DNA of 64,000 nt from an uncultured Actinomycetes bacterium. GTDB lineage: Bacteria; Actinomycetota; UBA4738; HRBIN12. Positions 28,414-37,718 of this stretch are shown piece after piece (the first letter of the stretch is position 1; each line of letters starts with the position of its first letter). Where the stretch lies: NCBI GenBank assembly GCA_963832225.1, contig CAWHTI010000013.1:8136-72135 (forward strand), in the 5' to 3' direction. The position numbers were made by a program, and so were the translations under genes. Under the pieces are notes generated by a model. The model made no database searches and was not told the origin of the DNA. It saw only the letters and a list, made by a program, of their open reading frames with translations.

Positions 28414-29349
28414 TCAGATCTCGGCCCGGTACGCCGCGGCCAGCCGATCCTCCAGATCGGTACAGAGCTCGCGGACCCGGGCGTCGATCGGCAACGGCGG
28501 GCGGCTCCCGGCGGCTCGGCGATCGATGTGCTCCGCCAGTTCGGGCCGGTACGGGAAGCCCAGGAACGCGCAGACGCGTCCGATCGCCGCCTCCGGGTCC
28601 TCCACGGTCGCCTCGTAGGACGCGAGCACGACGTCGGTGCGGGCGTCCAGGCCGAGGTCGAAGAACAGCTGGTTGCGCAGCCACCAGAACAACGCCGCCC
28701 CCGACTCCGCCGACATCGCGCCCAGGTCGAAGGTGGCGATCAGCTCGAGGCGCGCCGCCGACAGGCCGCCCGCCTGCCAGATGCCGGTGTCGCCCGCCGC
28801 GATGCGACGTAGCGCCTGGAGGTTGCTGTCGCCGAACTTCGTCGTCGACGACCGCACCCTGCCGTCCACGCCGCGATAGGCCCAGATCGCGCGGGCCGGG
28901 CTCGGCGTGGCGATCCCGTCCAGGAGATCGGCGGTCCGGTGCGAGTCGATCAGCGGCTTGAACAGCACGTAGCGATGTCCGCTGCGCTCCACGAGCGCGC
29001 GGATCACGTCGTCCGGTCGCAGCTGGAACCGGTCGAAGGCCGCGCGGTCGTTCTCGTTGCGCACCTCGAACTCGGGCGATCGTTCCAGGCCGCGCACGAG
29101 CATGTTGGTCCCGGATCGCTGCACGCCCACCACGAATACGGGGACGGCGTCCGGCGCCACGTCGTGGCTGCGACGCCACCGACGCTTGGCGAGCGCGAGC
29201 GGGATCCGTTGCAGCGGATCGAGCTGATCCTCCTCGATCAGACGTCCGATGCCCTGCTCCCGGGCCCACCGGACGTGACGGCCCACGCGCCGCCGCAGCC
29301 GGGCAGAGCCGGACTCGGGCGGTGTCGCGACCGGCCCGTTCGCTCCCAC
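28414..29349 (-). CDS. Sulfotransferase-domain protein directly downstream of the RRE gene
   Basis: VVGVQRSGTNML PAPS loop, FKPL, WAYRGVDGRVRS, LASYE motifs. Confidence 0.75.
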   Translation of the reverse strand: MGANGPVATPPESGSARLRRRVGRHVRWAREQGIGRLIEEDQLDPLQRIPLALAKRRWRRSHDVAPDAVPVFVVGVQRSGTNMLVRGLERSPEFEVRNENDRAAFDRFQLRPDDVIRALVERSGHRYVLFKPLIDSHRTADLLDGIATPSPARAIWAYRGVDGRVRSSTTKFGDSNLQALRRIAAGDTGIWQAGGLSAARLELIATFDLGAMSAESGAALFWWLRNQLFFDLGLDARTDVVLASYEATVEDPEAAIGRVCAFLGFPYRPELAEHIDRRAAGSRPPLPIDARVRELCTDLEDRLAAAYRAEI

Positions 29350-29357
29350 CCCGACGC

Positions 29358-29651
29358 TCAGACCTGCGCGCTCTGCAGCTCGACCAGCTGCCGTTCGCTC
29401 AACTCGGCCAGGAACGACTCCACGTCGCCCTCGAGGTCGGACGGTGGGTCGTCGAGGCGGTCGCGGAGCGCGGACACCAGATCGCCGAAGGCGATGTCGG
29501 ACTCGCTCAACTCCCAGATCGCGGCGCCCACCTCGTTCACGCCGTGGTACTGCGTGCTGTCCAGGTGCAGCAGCACACCGCCCGAGCCCTCCGCCAGCCG
29601 TCGGAACACGGCCCGGGGGTTGCGGTGCACCATCGTGGTCGGATCGATCAT
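29358..29651 (-). CDS. PqqD-family RiPP recognition element (lasso B1)
   Basis: MIDP..VFRRLAEGSGGVLLHLDSTQYHGVNEVGAAIWELS..DVESFLAELSERQLV, 97 aa; C-terminal part of track ORF 29358-30716. Confidence 0.9.
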   Translation of the reverse strand: MIDPTTMVHRNPRAVFRRLAEGSGGVLLHLDSTQYHGVNEVGAAIWELSESDIAFGDLVSALRDRLDDPPSDLEGDVESFLAELSERQLVELQSAQV

Positions 29652-29671
29652 CCGTGGCTCCTCTCGTCGGC

Positions 29672-30523
29672 TCAGTACAGACCCAGCGTTCCGCGCCGTC
29701 GCTCGCGCTCCAGCGCCCGGCGGAAGGCGAAGATCCCCACCGCGAGCGAGACCACGGCGTAGGGCAGCAGGATCCCCACCCGGGGGATCGTCTCCGCCCA
29801 CCCCGCGTCCCCCAGCAACGCCTCCCGGGCGGCGGTCAGCGCGATCGTCACGGGACTGTACGAGAAGACCACCTCCGCCCAGTGGGGGAAGACGTTGGTC
29901 GGGAAGTACGTCCCCGAGCCGATCGTGATGAACGTGGTCGCGATCCCGATGACGCCCGTGCCTCGCTTGAACGTGAGGGTCCACGCCGCCGCCAGCACGC
30001 CGAGCCCCCACACGAACGGGATGAATGCGAGCAGGACCAGCATCGTCGGGCCGAGGCCCGACCATTGGAAGCTGGTGCCGAAGACGACCGTGGTGAGCCC
30101 CAGGAAGATGAAGGTCCGCACGGGCACGTACACGAGGTCGTACACCACCGAGCCCATCTGGATCGTGGTGTAGGCGGTAGGCGTCAGCAGGAGCGACTCG
30201 AGCGTCCCCTGCAGCTGCTCCTGCCGGATCACCGAGTACACGCGCCCGAGTCCCACCGCCATGAACGAGCTGATAGCGATGCCGATCGCCACGAACTCCA
30301 TGTACGTCGGCCTGCTGCCGCCGAACTCCGGGATGGCGCCCGGCCTGACGATCAGGCCCACGAAGTTGAAGACGACGACCTGCACGATCATGGAGAGCCA
30401 ATCGGTGATGAACGACATCCGATAGCTCCAGGCGACCAGGAAGTCCCTGCGCAGGAACGCGGTCAGCTTCGAGACCTCGCCGCGGACGGCGCCGATCCGC
30501 CCGACGGGCGCCTCCGCGCTCAT
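29672..30523 (-). CDS. ABC-2 type exporter permease
   Basis: About 6 TM segments, EQLQGTLESLLLTP motif. Confidence 0.9.
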   Translation of the reverse strand: MSAEAPVGRIGAVRGEVSKLTAFLRRDFLVAWSYRMSFITDWLSMIVQVVVFNFVGLIVRPGAIPEFGGSRPTYMEFVAIGIAISSFMAVGLGRVYSVIRQEQLQGTLESLLLTPTAYTTIQMGSVVYDLVYVPVRTFIFLGLTTVVFGTSFQWSGLGPTMLVLLAFIPFVWGLGVLAAAWTLTFKRGTGVIGIATTFITIGSGTYFPTNVFPHWAEVVFSYSPVTIALTAAREALLGDAGWAETIPRVGILLPYAVVSLAVGIFAFRRALERERRRGTLGLY

Positions 30524-31512
30524 CGGGACCCCTCCGTGGTGAGGAACAGGAACGCCGCCTCGATCTCGGAGCGCTCCTCCCGGCAGGTGAGCACGGCGAG
30601 GCCGGCGGCGTCCAGCCCCGCGATCGCCGCTCCGAGCACCACGTCCTCGCGGAGCGCCACCAGGAAGTGCTGCCCGTCCGAGTCTCCGGACAGGGCCACC
30701 TCGCCGATGCCGGCAAGGGCGCCCCGGGCGCGGCCCAGGACGTCGCCGTCGCCCCGCAGATGCACCAGGTACCGGCGGGCGATCGTCACGGCCATGAGCT
30801 CGGGGACCGTGCCCTCGAACCGCACGGAGCCCTCGCGCAGGACCGACACGCGGTCGGCGAACCCGCGGATCTCGTCGATGCGCTGGGTCGCCCAGATCAC
30901 CGCCGTGCCGCGGGCCCGGGCCTGCGAGACCAGCTCCTGCACCCGGCGGGCGGCCTCCGGATCGAGGTCGTGCGTCGCCTCGTCCACGAACAGGATCGGC
31001 GGCTCCATCAGCAGGGCGCGCGCCACCGACAGGCGCTTCTGCATGCCGTGCGAGTAGGTCCCGATCGCCCGGCGGGCGGCATCCTCGAGGTCGACGTCGC
31101 GGAGCACCTGCCAGGCCCGGTCGGACGCCGCTCGCGCCGTCAGCCCGTGCATCCGGGCGAAGAACCGGAGGTTCTCCAGACCCGACAGGCGCATGTAGAA
31201 GGTCCGGTCGCCCGAGGGGACCAGACCGATCGCGCTGCGGGCGCGCCGCGACATCAGCTCGCCGGCGGACGACCCCAGCACGCGGACCTGGCCGGCGTCG
31301 GGGCCGGTGAGGCCCGTGAGGATCCGCACCAGCGTGGTCTTGCCCGCGCCGTTGGGCCCCAGCAGCGCGTGGATCTCACCGGGCATGACGGCCAGGGACA
31401 CGTCGCGGAGCGCCTGCTTGTCCCCGAAGCTCCGGGTGACGCCGAGGGCCTCGATCGCGGGCGTCGCGGTCGCGGACCCCCCGGTGGGACGGGCCGTGCC
31501 CACCACGGTCAC
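30520..31512 (-). CDS. ABC exporter ATP-binding subunit
   Basis: LLGPNGAGKTT, YSHGMQKRL, LFVDE; GTG start overlaps the cyclase stop. Confidence 0.9.
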   Translation of the reverse strand: MTVVGTARPTGGSATATPAIEALGVTRSFGDKQALRDVSLAVMPGEIHALLGPNGAGKTTLVRILTGLTGPDAGQVRVLGSSAGELMSRRARSAIGLVPSGDRTFYMRLSGLENLRFFARMHGLTARAASDRAWQVLRDVDLEDAARRAIGTYSHGMQKRLSVARALLMEPPILFVDEATHDLDPEAARRVQELVSQARARGTAVIWATQRIDEIRGFADRVSVLREGSVRFEGTVPELMAVTIARRYLVHLRGDGDVLGRARGALAGIGEVALSGDSDGQHFLVALREDVVLGAAIAGLDAAGLAVLTCREERSEIEAAFLFLTTEGSR

Positions 31513-33308
31513 GGTCCCTCCCACAGGTCCAGGAACGCGTGCACCATCGCCAGGTCCTTCGCCCAGATGTACTCGAACACGTTCATCTCCGCCCGGTCGA
31601 TCTGCTCGGCCAGCAGCCCGTAGTCGACGCCGGGCATCCGGAAGGAGCCCGACGCCGTCCACCGGCGCAGGTGGTCGTACTCGATGGCCGACTCGGCCGC
31701 CGCGTTGAAGACCGTCTTCTCGCGCCGGTCGAGGATCGGGTCCGGCACCCGCCCCCGAAGGAGCTCCCGTACCAGTCCCTTCGTCCGCACGTCCGGGAAC
31801 TTGACCTCGGCCGGCAGGCTCAGGAAGAACTCCCACACGTCCACGTCCGCCCACGGGTAGCGGGCGCGGACGCCGACCGTCTCCTGGACGACCTCGTTGG
31901 CCTCCGCGGCGAGCCCGGGTCCGACCAGGCCGCCGACCTGGGTCGCGCGCCACCGGCCGGCGGCCGAGCCGGTGCCCTCGACGGCACGCTCGTTCACCTT
32001 GGCGATGTCGATCCACGGCGGCACCCGCTGCCCGCGGCGAGGCGGGCGCCGCCGCAGGTACGCGGCGTAGAGCGACGCCGGCACGAAGGCGGCGCCGAGC
32101 TGGCGGGCGAGACCCGCGGCGGGGACGCCCTTGCCTCGCTGCATCCGCACGTGGCGGGCCAACGGGCCGAGGCGTCCGCGTCGCAGCAGGTGCGCGAGGA
32201 GATGACCGCGCATGTCGAAGACCAGCTCGGCCACGGCGCCGTTCATCACGCTGCGCAGACCCAGCTCCGCGGCGACGGCGTAGTGCCGTTCCGCGTCCGC
32301 GGGAGGAAACACCGGCACCGGCCCGTCGAACCGGTCCGCCCACTCGCGCAGCCGGTCGAGCTGCGGCGCATCACGTCGATACGTGTGCAGATCCATCCCG
32401 AGCCGGTCCACCACGATCTGGACCCAGGCCGATTCGTCGACGCTCGGGATGATCCGGATAGACGGCGGTCAGGGCCGGCATCGGCGTGCCGAAGCGTCGC
32501 TCGAATGCAGGCGCCGCGTAGGCGGCGATCGCCGGCGAGTCGATCCCGCCGGACAGCGAGACCGCGTCGGCGCCGGTCAGCATGCGGGCCGTGGCCGCGC
32601 CGAACACCTCGTCGAAGCGGTCCTGCAGCTCGTCGGCCGTGTAGCGCGCGGTCTCCAGGAGTCGCTCGGGGTGCCAGTACCGCCACGTGGCGCTCCCTGC
32701 CGCCTCGCCACGGATCGCCGTCCCCTTCGGCAGGCGGGTGACGCCGGCCAGGGCCGCCGGCGTCTGATCACCGTAGTTGCCGTAGAAGATGCGCTGCAGC
32801 ACGTCGAGGTCGGGCTCGCGCCGCAGGCCCGCGCCGGCCACGACCTGCTTGGCCTCGCTCGCCACCACCAGCGCTCCGGCCCCGTCGTGAAGGAACAGGG
32901 GCCGGTAGCCGATGTGATCGCGCGCGCACCACAGGCGGGCGCCGTCGGTCACCGCGACCGCGAACACACCTCGCATCCGGGCGAACGCCCGCTCCCCGTC
33001 GGCCCGGAACAGGGCCGCCACGACGCCGGCCGGCTCCGCGGACGAGAGCGTGACCCCCGCCCGCTTCAGCTCGCGGACGAGCTCCTCCAGGTTGTCGAGC
33101 CGGCCGGTGAAGGCCGCCGAGCAGGTCGCCCTCGTGCGAAAGCGAGGACTCCGGGAGGTCGTCGGTGGCGGTCACGCCCAGGGCGCAGGCGCCGCGGACG
33201 AGCGTGCCCCGCACCGGTCCCCGATGCGGGGCCGCCACGCAGCGCGCGCTCGACCGTGGCGACGTCCGGGCGCTGCCGGCGGGCGAGCAGCGCGGCGAGG
33301 GAACCCAT
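31509..33308 (-). CDS. Lasso peptide cyclase (asparagine synthetase-like isopeptide-bond-forming enzyme); three single-base insertions (~33235, ~33115, ~32435)
   Basis: Reconstructed: MGSLAA (no N-terminal Cys), FTGRLDNL, ARDHIGYRPL, SLSGGIDS ATP motif, RYPWAD, KGLVRELL. Confidence 0.85.
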
Positions 33309-33354
33309 GGGAAGGAGTGTAGGGAGGTCGCGCAGACGGACCCGGGAGACACGA

Positions 33355-33383
33355 AACCGCCCGGCCGTGTGGGCCGGGCGGTT
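33355..33383 (-). terminator. Stem-loop between precursor and cyclase (terminator/attenuator or mRNA stabiliser)
   Basis: 12-bp perfect stem AACCGCCCGGCC / GGCCGGGCGGTT with 5-nt loop; only a short T run on the minus strand. Confidence 0.65.
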
Positions 33384-33413
33384 CGAGGTTCGGTTTCGGT
33401 GCTCTTCCGGGCC

Positions 33414-33556
33414 CTACGAGCCGGCCGGGTGCGAGTACTCGAGGAAGTTGTCGGTCTCGTAGTCGGTGAAGTCGCTCTTGTCACCGGCGCCGGGGTTGTC
33501 GAACGTGTGACCCGCGATCGAGCCGAAGTCCTTCACTGTGGCTTCTCGTACTTCAT
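33414..33556 (-). CDS. Lasso peptide precursor, 47 aa after restoring one base: MKYEKPTVKDFGSIAGHTF-DNPGAGDKSDFTDYETDNFLEYSHPAGS
   Basis: AGGAGG RBS before ATG 33556; 143 bp to TAG (1 short of 144); leader matches YxxPx(L/V)xxxGxxxxxT; immediately upstream of the cyclase. Confidence 0.85.
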
Positions 33557-33599
33557 GCGTCCTCCTCGGGGGTCGGAGCGGGGGTGGCTATGTCAGGGG

Positions 33600-33629
33600 A
33601 CACTAGTTCCCGCAGGCGGCCCATGTCAA
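33600..33629 (-). promoter_or_regulatory. Sigma70/HrdB-type promoter for the precursor operon
   Basis: TTGACA (33629-33624), 18-bp spacer, TAGTGT (33605-33600), 43 bp upstream of the ATG. Confidence 0.7.
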
Positions 33630-33775
33630 ACGGTTCGAACGGGCATTCCGTGCCTGCAACGGCCCTAGGCCCAAGCGCCCCAGGCTGCCTCCGGAGGCCT
33701 CTCAGGCAGACCGGGGACGCCGGACGCCCGTGCCACCTTTGCCGAGGCCGGAGACCCGTCGGTAATGTGCGGGCC

Positions 33776-34485
33776 ATGCTGGACACGGACGCGCTCACGC
33801 CCTGGATCCAGCCGCAGCACCTCTCGGAGGACGCGCTCGCCGGCTACCGCGGGTCCATGGCGGCCCACCCCGCACGGATGGTCGTCCTGCACGACGTCAT
33901 GGCGGCGGCGCCGGTCGAACGCCTGGCCGGCTTCCTGGCGAGCGACGCCGAGTACACGATCGAGCACGGCCTCTACTCCCAGCACGACGGGGTCGAGTCG
34001 GCGACGTGGGAGGCGGCGCCCGTCGAGGACCGGTTCTTCCGCTTCGGCAAGCTGAGCGGACAGCGGCCGGAGGCGATGCTCTCCGACAACAGCCTGACGT
34101 ACCTCCAGTGGCGCACGTTCGTCACGGAGCCTCCGTTCCGGGCGTTCTTCGAGTCCGTGAGCGGGGTTGGAGCTCGGCGCCAGCGACGACTTCGGCTGCC
34201 ACGAGTTCCGGGTGGGCGACTTCCTCCTTGCGCACGACGATGCCAATCGCGACCGGCGGGTGGCCCTGGTGATGTACCTCACGCCCTCGTGGCGGCCGGA
34301 GTTCGGCGGGGCGCTGGCGATGAGGCAGCCGACGGCATCGGTCGACCGGGTCGAGGCGTCGTTCAACACGATGGTCGTCTTCGACACGCTGGCCGGCAGC
34401 AGCCACCACATCGAGCGGATCGAGGACGGGGCCGGCCGGACAGGCCCGCCGGACCTTCGGGGGCTGGTTCCCGAACCCATCGTGA
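33776..34485 (+). CDS. 2OG-Fe(II) oxygenase (prolyl-hydroxylase-like), frameshifts ~34165 and ~34445
   Basis: LAHDDA (HxD), VALVMYL, WRPEFGGAL, SHHIERI (distal His), RTFGGWF. Confidence 0.75.
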
Positions 34486-35575
34486 ACGAGGCCAAGAGCG
34501 AGGCCAAGAACGGGACCGGGAGCGACGCCGGCGTCGCGATCAGCGTGGTGATCCCCACGAGGAACCGAGCGCACCTCCTGGCCGACTGCCTGGCGTCGCT
34601 GGCCGCACAGGTGGCAGCCGTGCCGTTCGAGGTCATCGTCGTCGACAACGCGTCGACGGACGACACGCCGCGGTGGCGACGGCATGGACCGCCCGCGACG
34701 ACCGGTTCCGCCTCGTTCGCGAGGAGGTCCTGGGGCGGGCGGCGGCCCTCAACGCGGGGATGGCGGCCGCCCGCGGGGACCTGCTGCTCTTCACCGACGA
34801 CGACGTGTACGTGCAGCCCGGCTTCGTGGAGGCGTACCGGCGGTTCTTCGACGGCCACGCCGAGGGCCACGTGTTCGCGGGCGGGGCGATCCACTCGGTG
34901 CCCATGGACATCGAGTGGCCGTTCTGGTTCTCGGCGCGGGCGGCCCGGTCGTTGATCCTCGTGGACTGGGGGCCGCAGCGGGCGCTGATCCCCGGCGAGA
35001 CGGTGTGGGGCGGCAACACGGCCGCGCCGCGGCGGCTCTTCGACGCGCTGGGGACCTGGAACGAGGAGATGGGGGTGCGCGGGGACACCCGCCCGCCGAT
35101 CGAGCGCCCGGAGCTGAACGAGGACCTCGAGTTCGAGGAGCGGGTGCGGGCCGCGGGCGGCGAGATCTGGTTCGTCGCCGAGGCCGTGGTGAACCACCGC
35201 ACCACGCTCCCCGGCCCGCGGATCTGCCTCCGCAAGGGGTTCGGAACGGGACGCAACGACTACAACCGCGCGTTCCGGCCGGGGAAGCCGGACGACCGCG
35301 TCCGCGGTCCGCGGAACGTCCGGTCCTTGTCCGCGTGGTGCTCGGCGCTGCTCCGCTACCTGGTGTGGGCGCTGATCTTCCGGCTGCGCCCGGGCCGCAC
35401 CGCCTTCGACCGCGCGTGGTTCGCCGCATGGTCGAGCGGGTGGCGGATGGAGGATCTGCTCGCCGACGGCGTCCACGACGGCTTCGATCGCAGGATCCGC
35501 AGCGTCACGTGGGGGGCCACGCGGCGGGCGGCGCGCCTGGCGCCAGAGGAGCTGACGGAGGAGCTGACCGGATGA
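34482..35575 (+). CDS. Glycosyltransferase family 2 (frameshift ~34675)
   Basis: SVVIPTRNR, VVDNASTDDT, LFTDDDVYV, EDLEF motifs. Confidence 0.85.
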
Positions 35576-37020
35576 GCGAGGGCCGCGGGTCGCCCCCCGC
35601 GTGGCGGCCTCTCGACGCCCTCGCGCTGGCCGCCGTCACCCTCGCGGGCGGTCTGATCCGGCTGTGGCAGCTGAACGTGCCCGACCGCATCGTGTTCGAC
35701 GAGGCGTACTACGCCCACGACGCCTGCGTCTTCGTGCGGCCGGCGTCCGCCTGCGGCGGCATCGGCGAGGCCTTCTCCGAGGAGCACCCGTTGCTGGGCA
35801 AGTGGATCGTGGCGGCGGGGATCAAGCTGTTCGGCAACGAGCCGTTCGGCTGGCGGATCATGTCGGTCGTGGCGGGCACGGCCGCCATCGCGCTCCTGTT
35901 CGTACTCGCCCGGCGCCTCCTCCGTTCCAGGGTCGCGGCGACCCTGGCCGCCGGACTGCTCGCCGTCGACGGGATGCACGTCGTGCTGTCCAGGGTGGCG
36001 ATGCTCGACGTGTTCGTGACCACGTTCTCGCTCGCCACGGTGCTGTTCGTGGTGATCGACCGCGACCGCGAGCGGCGAGCGGACCGGAGACGCGAGCGGA
36101 CCGGTCGCGAGCGGATCGCGGATCGGCCGTGGCTCCTGGCGGCCGGGGTCGCCGGCGGCGCCGCGGTGGCGACGAAGTGGTCGGGCCTGCCCTTCCTGGC
36201 CATGTCGGCCATCCTGGTGCTGGTGTGGGACCGGCGGGCGCGCCGCACCGCGCCGGCGGCCGGCGGGACGTCCACTGCCCGCTGGGCCGGCCTCGGCGCG
36301 ATCGCGGTCGCCCTGATCCTGGTGCCGCTCGCTGTCTACGTGCTCTCCTATGCCGGACGCCTCGACGGACGGCTGCTCGCCCTGCCGTGGCAGCACGACT
36401 CGTGGGCCTGGGCGTTCGTCCGGCGCCAGGTGCGCATGCTGTCGTTCCACGCCGACCTGGCCGGCGCCTATCCGTACGAATCGCCCGCCTGGTCGTGGCC
36501 GATGTTGAAGCGGCCGGTGGTGTTCGCGTTCGAGGTCGAGGCCGGCCGATTCCGCGAGATCCTGGCGCTCGGCAACCCGGTGGTCTGGTGGGGAGGCGCG
36601 GCGGCGACGATCGCGTGCGCCGTCCGGTGGCTGCGGGCCCGGGGCGGTCCCGAGGGCGTCATCCTGGCCGGCGTCGCGGCGGGCTACCTGTGGTGGCTCC
36701 CGGTGACGTCCTCGCGCTCGTTCTCTTTCCTCTTCTATCTCACGCCGGCCGTGCCGTTCCTCTGCCTCGCCGTCGCCCGGGTGGCGCAGCGGACGTGGGG
36801 CTCGGTCGCGGGCCGGGCGGCGAGCGCGATCGTCGCGCTGGCAGCCGTCTGGGCGTTGGTCTTCTTCCTGCCGGTGCTGACCTTCCGGCCGCTCGATGGC
36901 GGAGACTGGGCGTCGCGGTTGTGGTTCACCGCGTGCCGTCCGGAGTCGGTGGTGGGGGATCCGCCGCGTCCCACGTCCTCGACCGTGACGGCGCCGCCCG
37001 AGGGCTGGTGCTGGATATGA
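35572..37020 (+). CDS. Protein O-mannosyltransferase-like (PMT/GT39) membrane glycosyltransferase
   Basis: VFDEAYY, EHPLLGKW, FGWR, SRVAMLDVF, TKWSG, YESPAWSWP, GNPVVWW motifs. Confidence 0.85.
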   Translation: MSEGRGSPPAWRPLDALALAAVTLAGGLIRLWQLNVPDRIVFDEAYYAHDACVFVRPASACGGIGEAFSEEHPLLGKWIVAAGIKLFGNEPFGWRIMSVVAGTAAIALLFVLARRLLRSRVAATLAAGLLAVDGMHVVLSRVAMLDVFVTTFSLATVLFVVIDRDRERRADRRRERTGRERIADRPWLLAAGVAGGAAVATKWSGLPFLAMSAILVLVWDRRARRTAPAAGGTSTARWAGLGAIAVALILVPLAVYVLSYAGRLDGRLLALPWQHDSWAWAFVRRQVRMLSFHADLAGAYPYESPAWSWPMLKRPVVFAFEVEAGRFREILALGNPVVWWGGAAATIACAVRWLRARGGPEGVILAGVAAGYLWWLPVTSSRSFSFLFYLTPAVPFLCLAVARVAQRTWGSVAGRAASAIVALAAVWALVFFLPVLTFRPLDGGDWASRLWFTACRPESVVGDPPRPTSSTVTAPPEGWCWI

Positions 37021-37718
37021 GGAGGGGGGATCGCGTGGCCGTGCTCTCACCGCACCTCGACGACGCGGTGCTCTCCCTGGGTGCGGCCATCGCGGCCTGG
37101 TCGCGCGCGGGGGCGGAGGTGCGCGTGGTGACCGTGCTCGCCGGACGGCCGGACTCCACGCTCCCTGCGGGCCCCTGGGACACCGAGACCGGCTTCGCGA
37201 CCGAGGGGGAGGCGACCCGGGCCCGTCGCCTCGAGGACCGCTCCGCCTGCGCGACCCTGGGCGCGGCACCCGTCTGGTTGGACCACGCGGACGAGCAGTA
37301 CGACCGTGGGGGCTCCGACGACGAGATCTGGCCGGAGATCCTCGAGGGCGTGGCCGGCGCCTCGACGGTCCTCGCCCCCGGCTTCCCGCTGTCACACCGG
37401 GATCACGCGTGGCTCGCGCTGATGACGCTGGCCCGGCGGGATCCGGCGTGGCGGGTGGGGCTGTACGTGGAGCAGCCCTACGCGATCGGCGCGGGACGCC
37501 CCCGGGATCATCGCGGACGGTTCGGGTTCGAGCCGGCGTTCGTTCCGATCCGCACCTCGTGGCGGCACCGGCGGGCGAAGCGCCGCGCGCTCGAGGCCTA
37601 CGGCTCGCAGCACGGACAGCTCGGATGGGTGGTCTCCGGGACCTGGGGCGACCTGCAGCGGCGGCTGGCCGCGCAGGAGCGTCGCCGCGGCGGAGAGATG
37701 GTGGCATGGGTGACCTGA
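37017..37718 (+). CDS. PIG-L family deacetylase
   Basis: SPHLDDAVLS, RRLED, SHRDH motifs. Confidence 0.85.
   Translation: MRRGDRVAVLSPHLDDAVLSLGAAIAAWSRAGAEVRVVTVLAGRPDSTLPAGPWDTETGFATEGEATRARRLEDRSACATLGAAPVWLDHADEQYDRGGSDDEIWPEILEGVAGASTVLAPGFPLSHRDHAWLALMTLARRDPAWRVGLYVEQPYAIGAGRPRDHRGRFGFEPAFVPIRTSWRHRRAKRRALEAYGSQHGQLGWVVSGTWGDLQRRLAAQERRRGGEMVAWVT

Noticed and set aside
31509-33308. Housekeeping asparagine synthetase AsnB
   Set aside because: No N-terminal catalytic Cys, and it sits between a lasso precursor and RRE/ABC genes.
33584-35575. 663-aa oxygenase-GT2 fusion
   Set aside because: Produced by compensating frameshifts; the corrected oxygenase ends at TGA 34485, overlapping the GT2 GTG at 34482.
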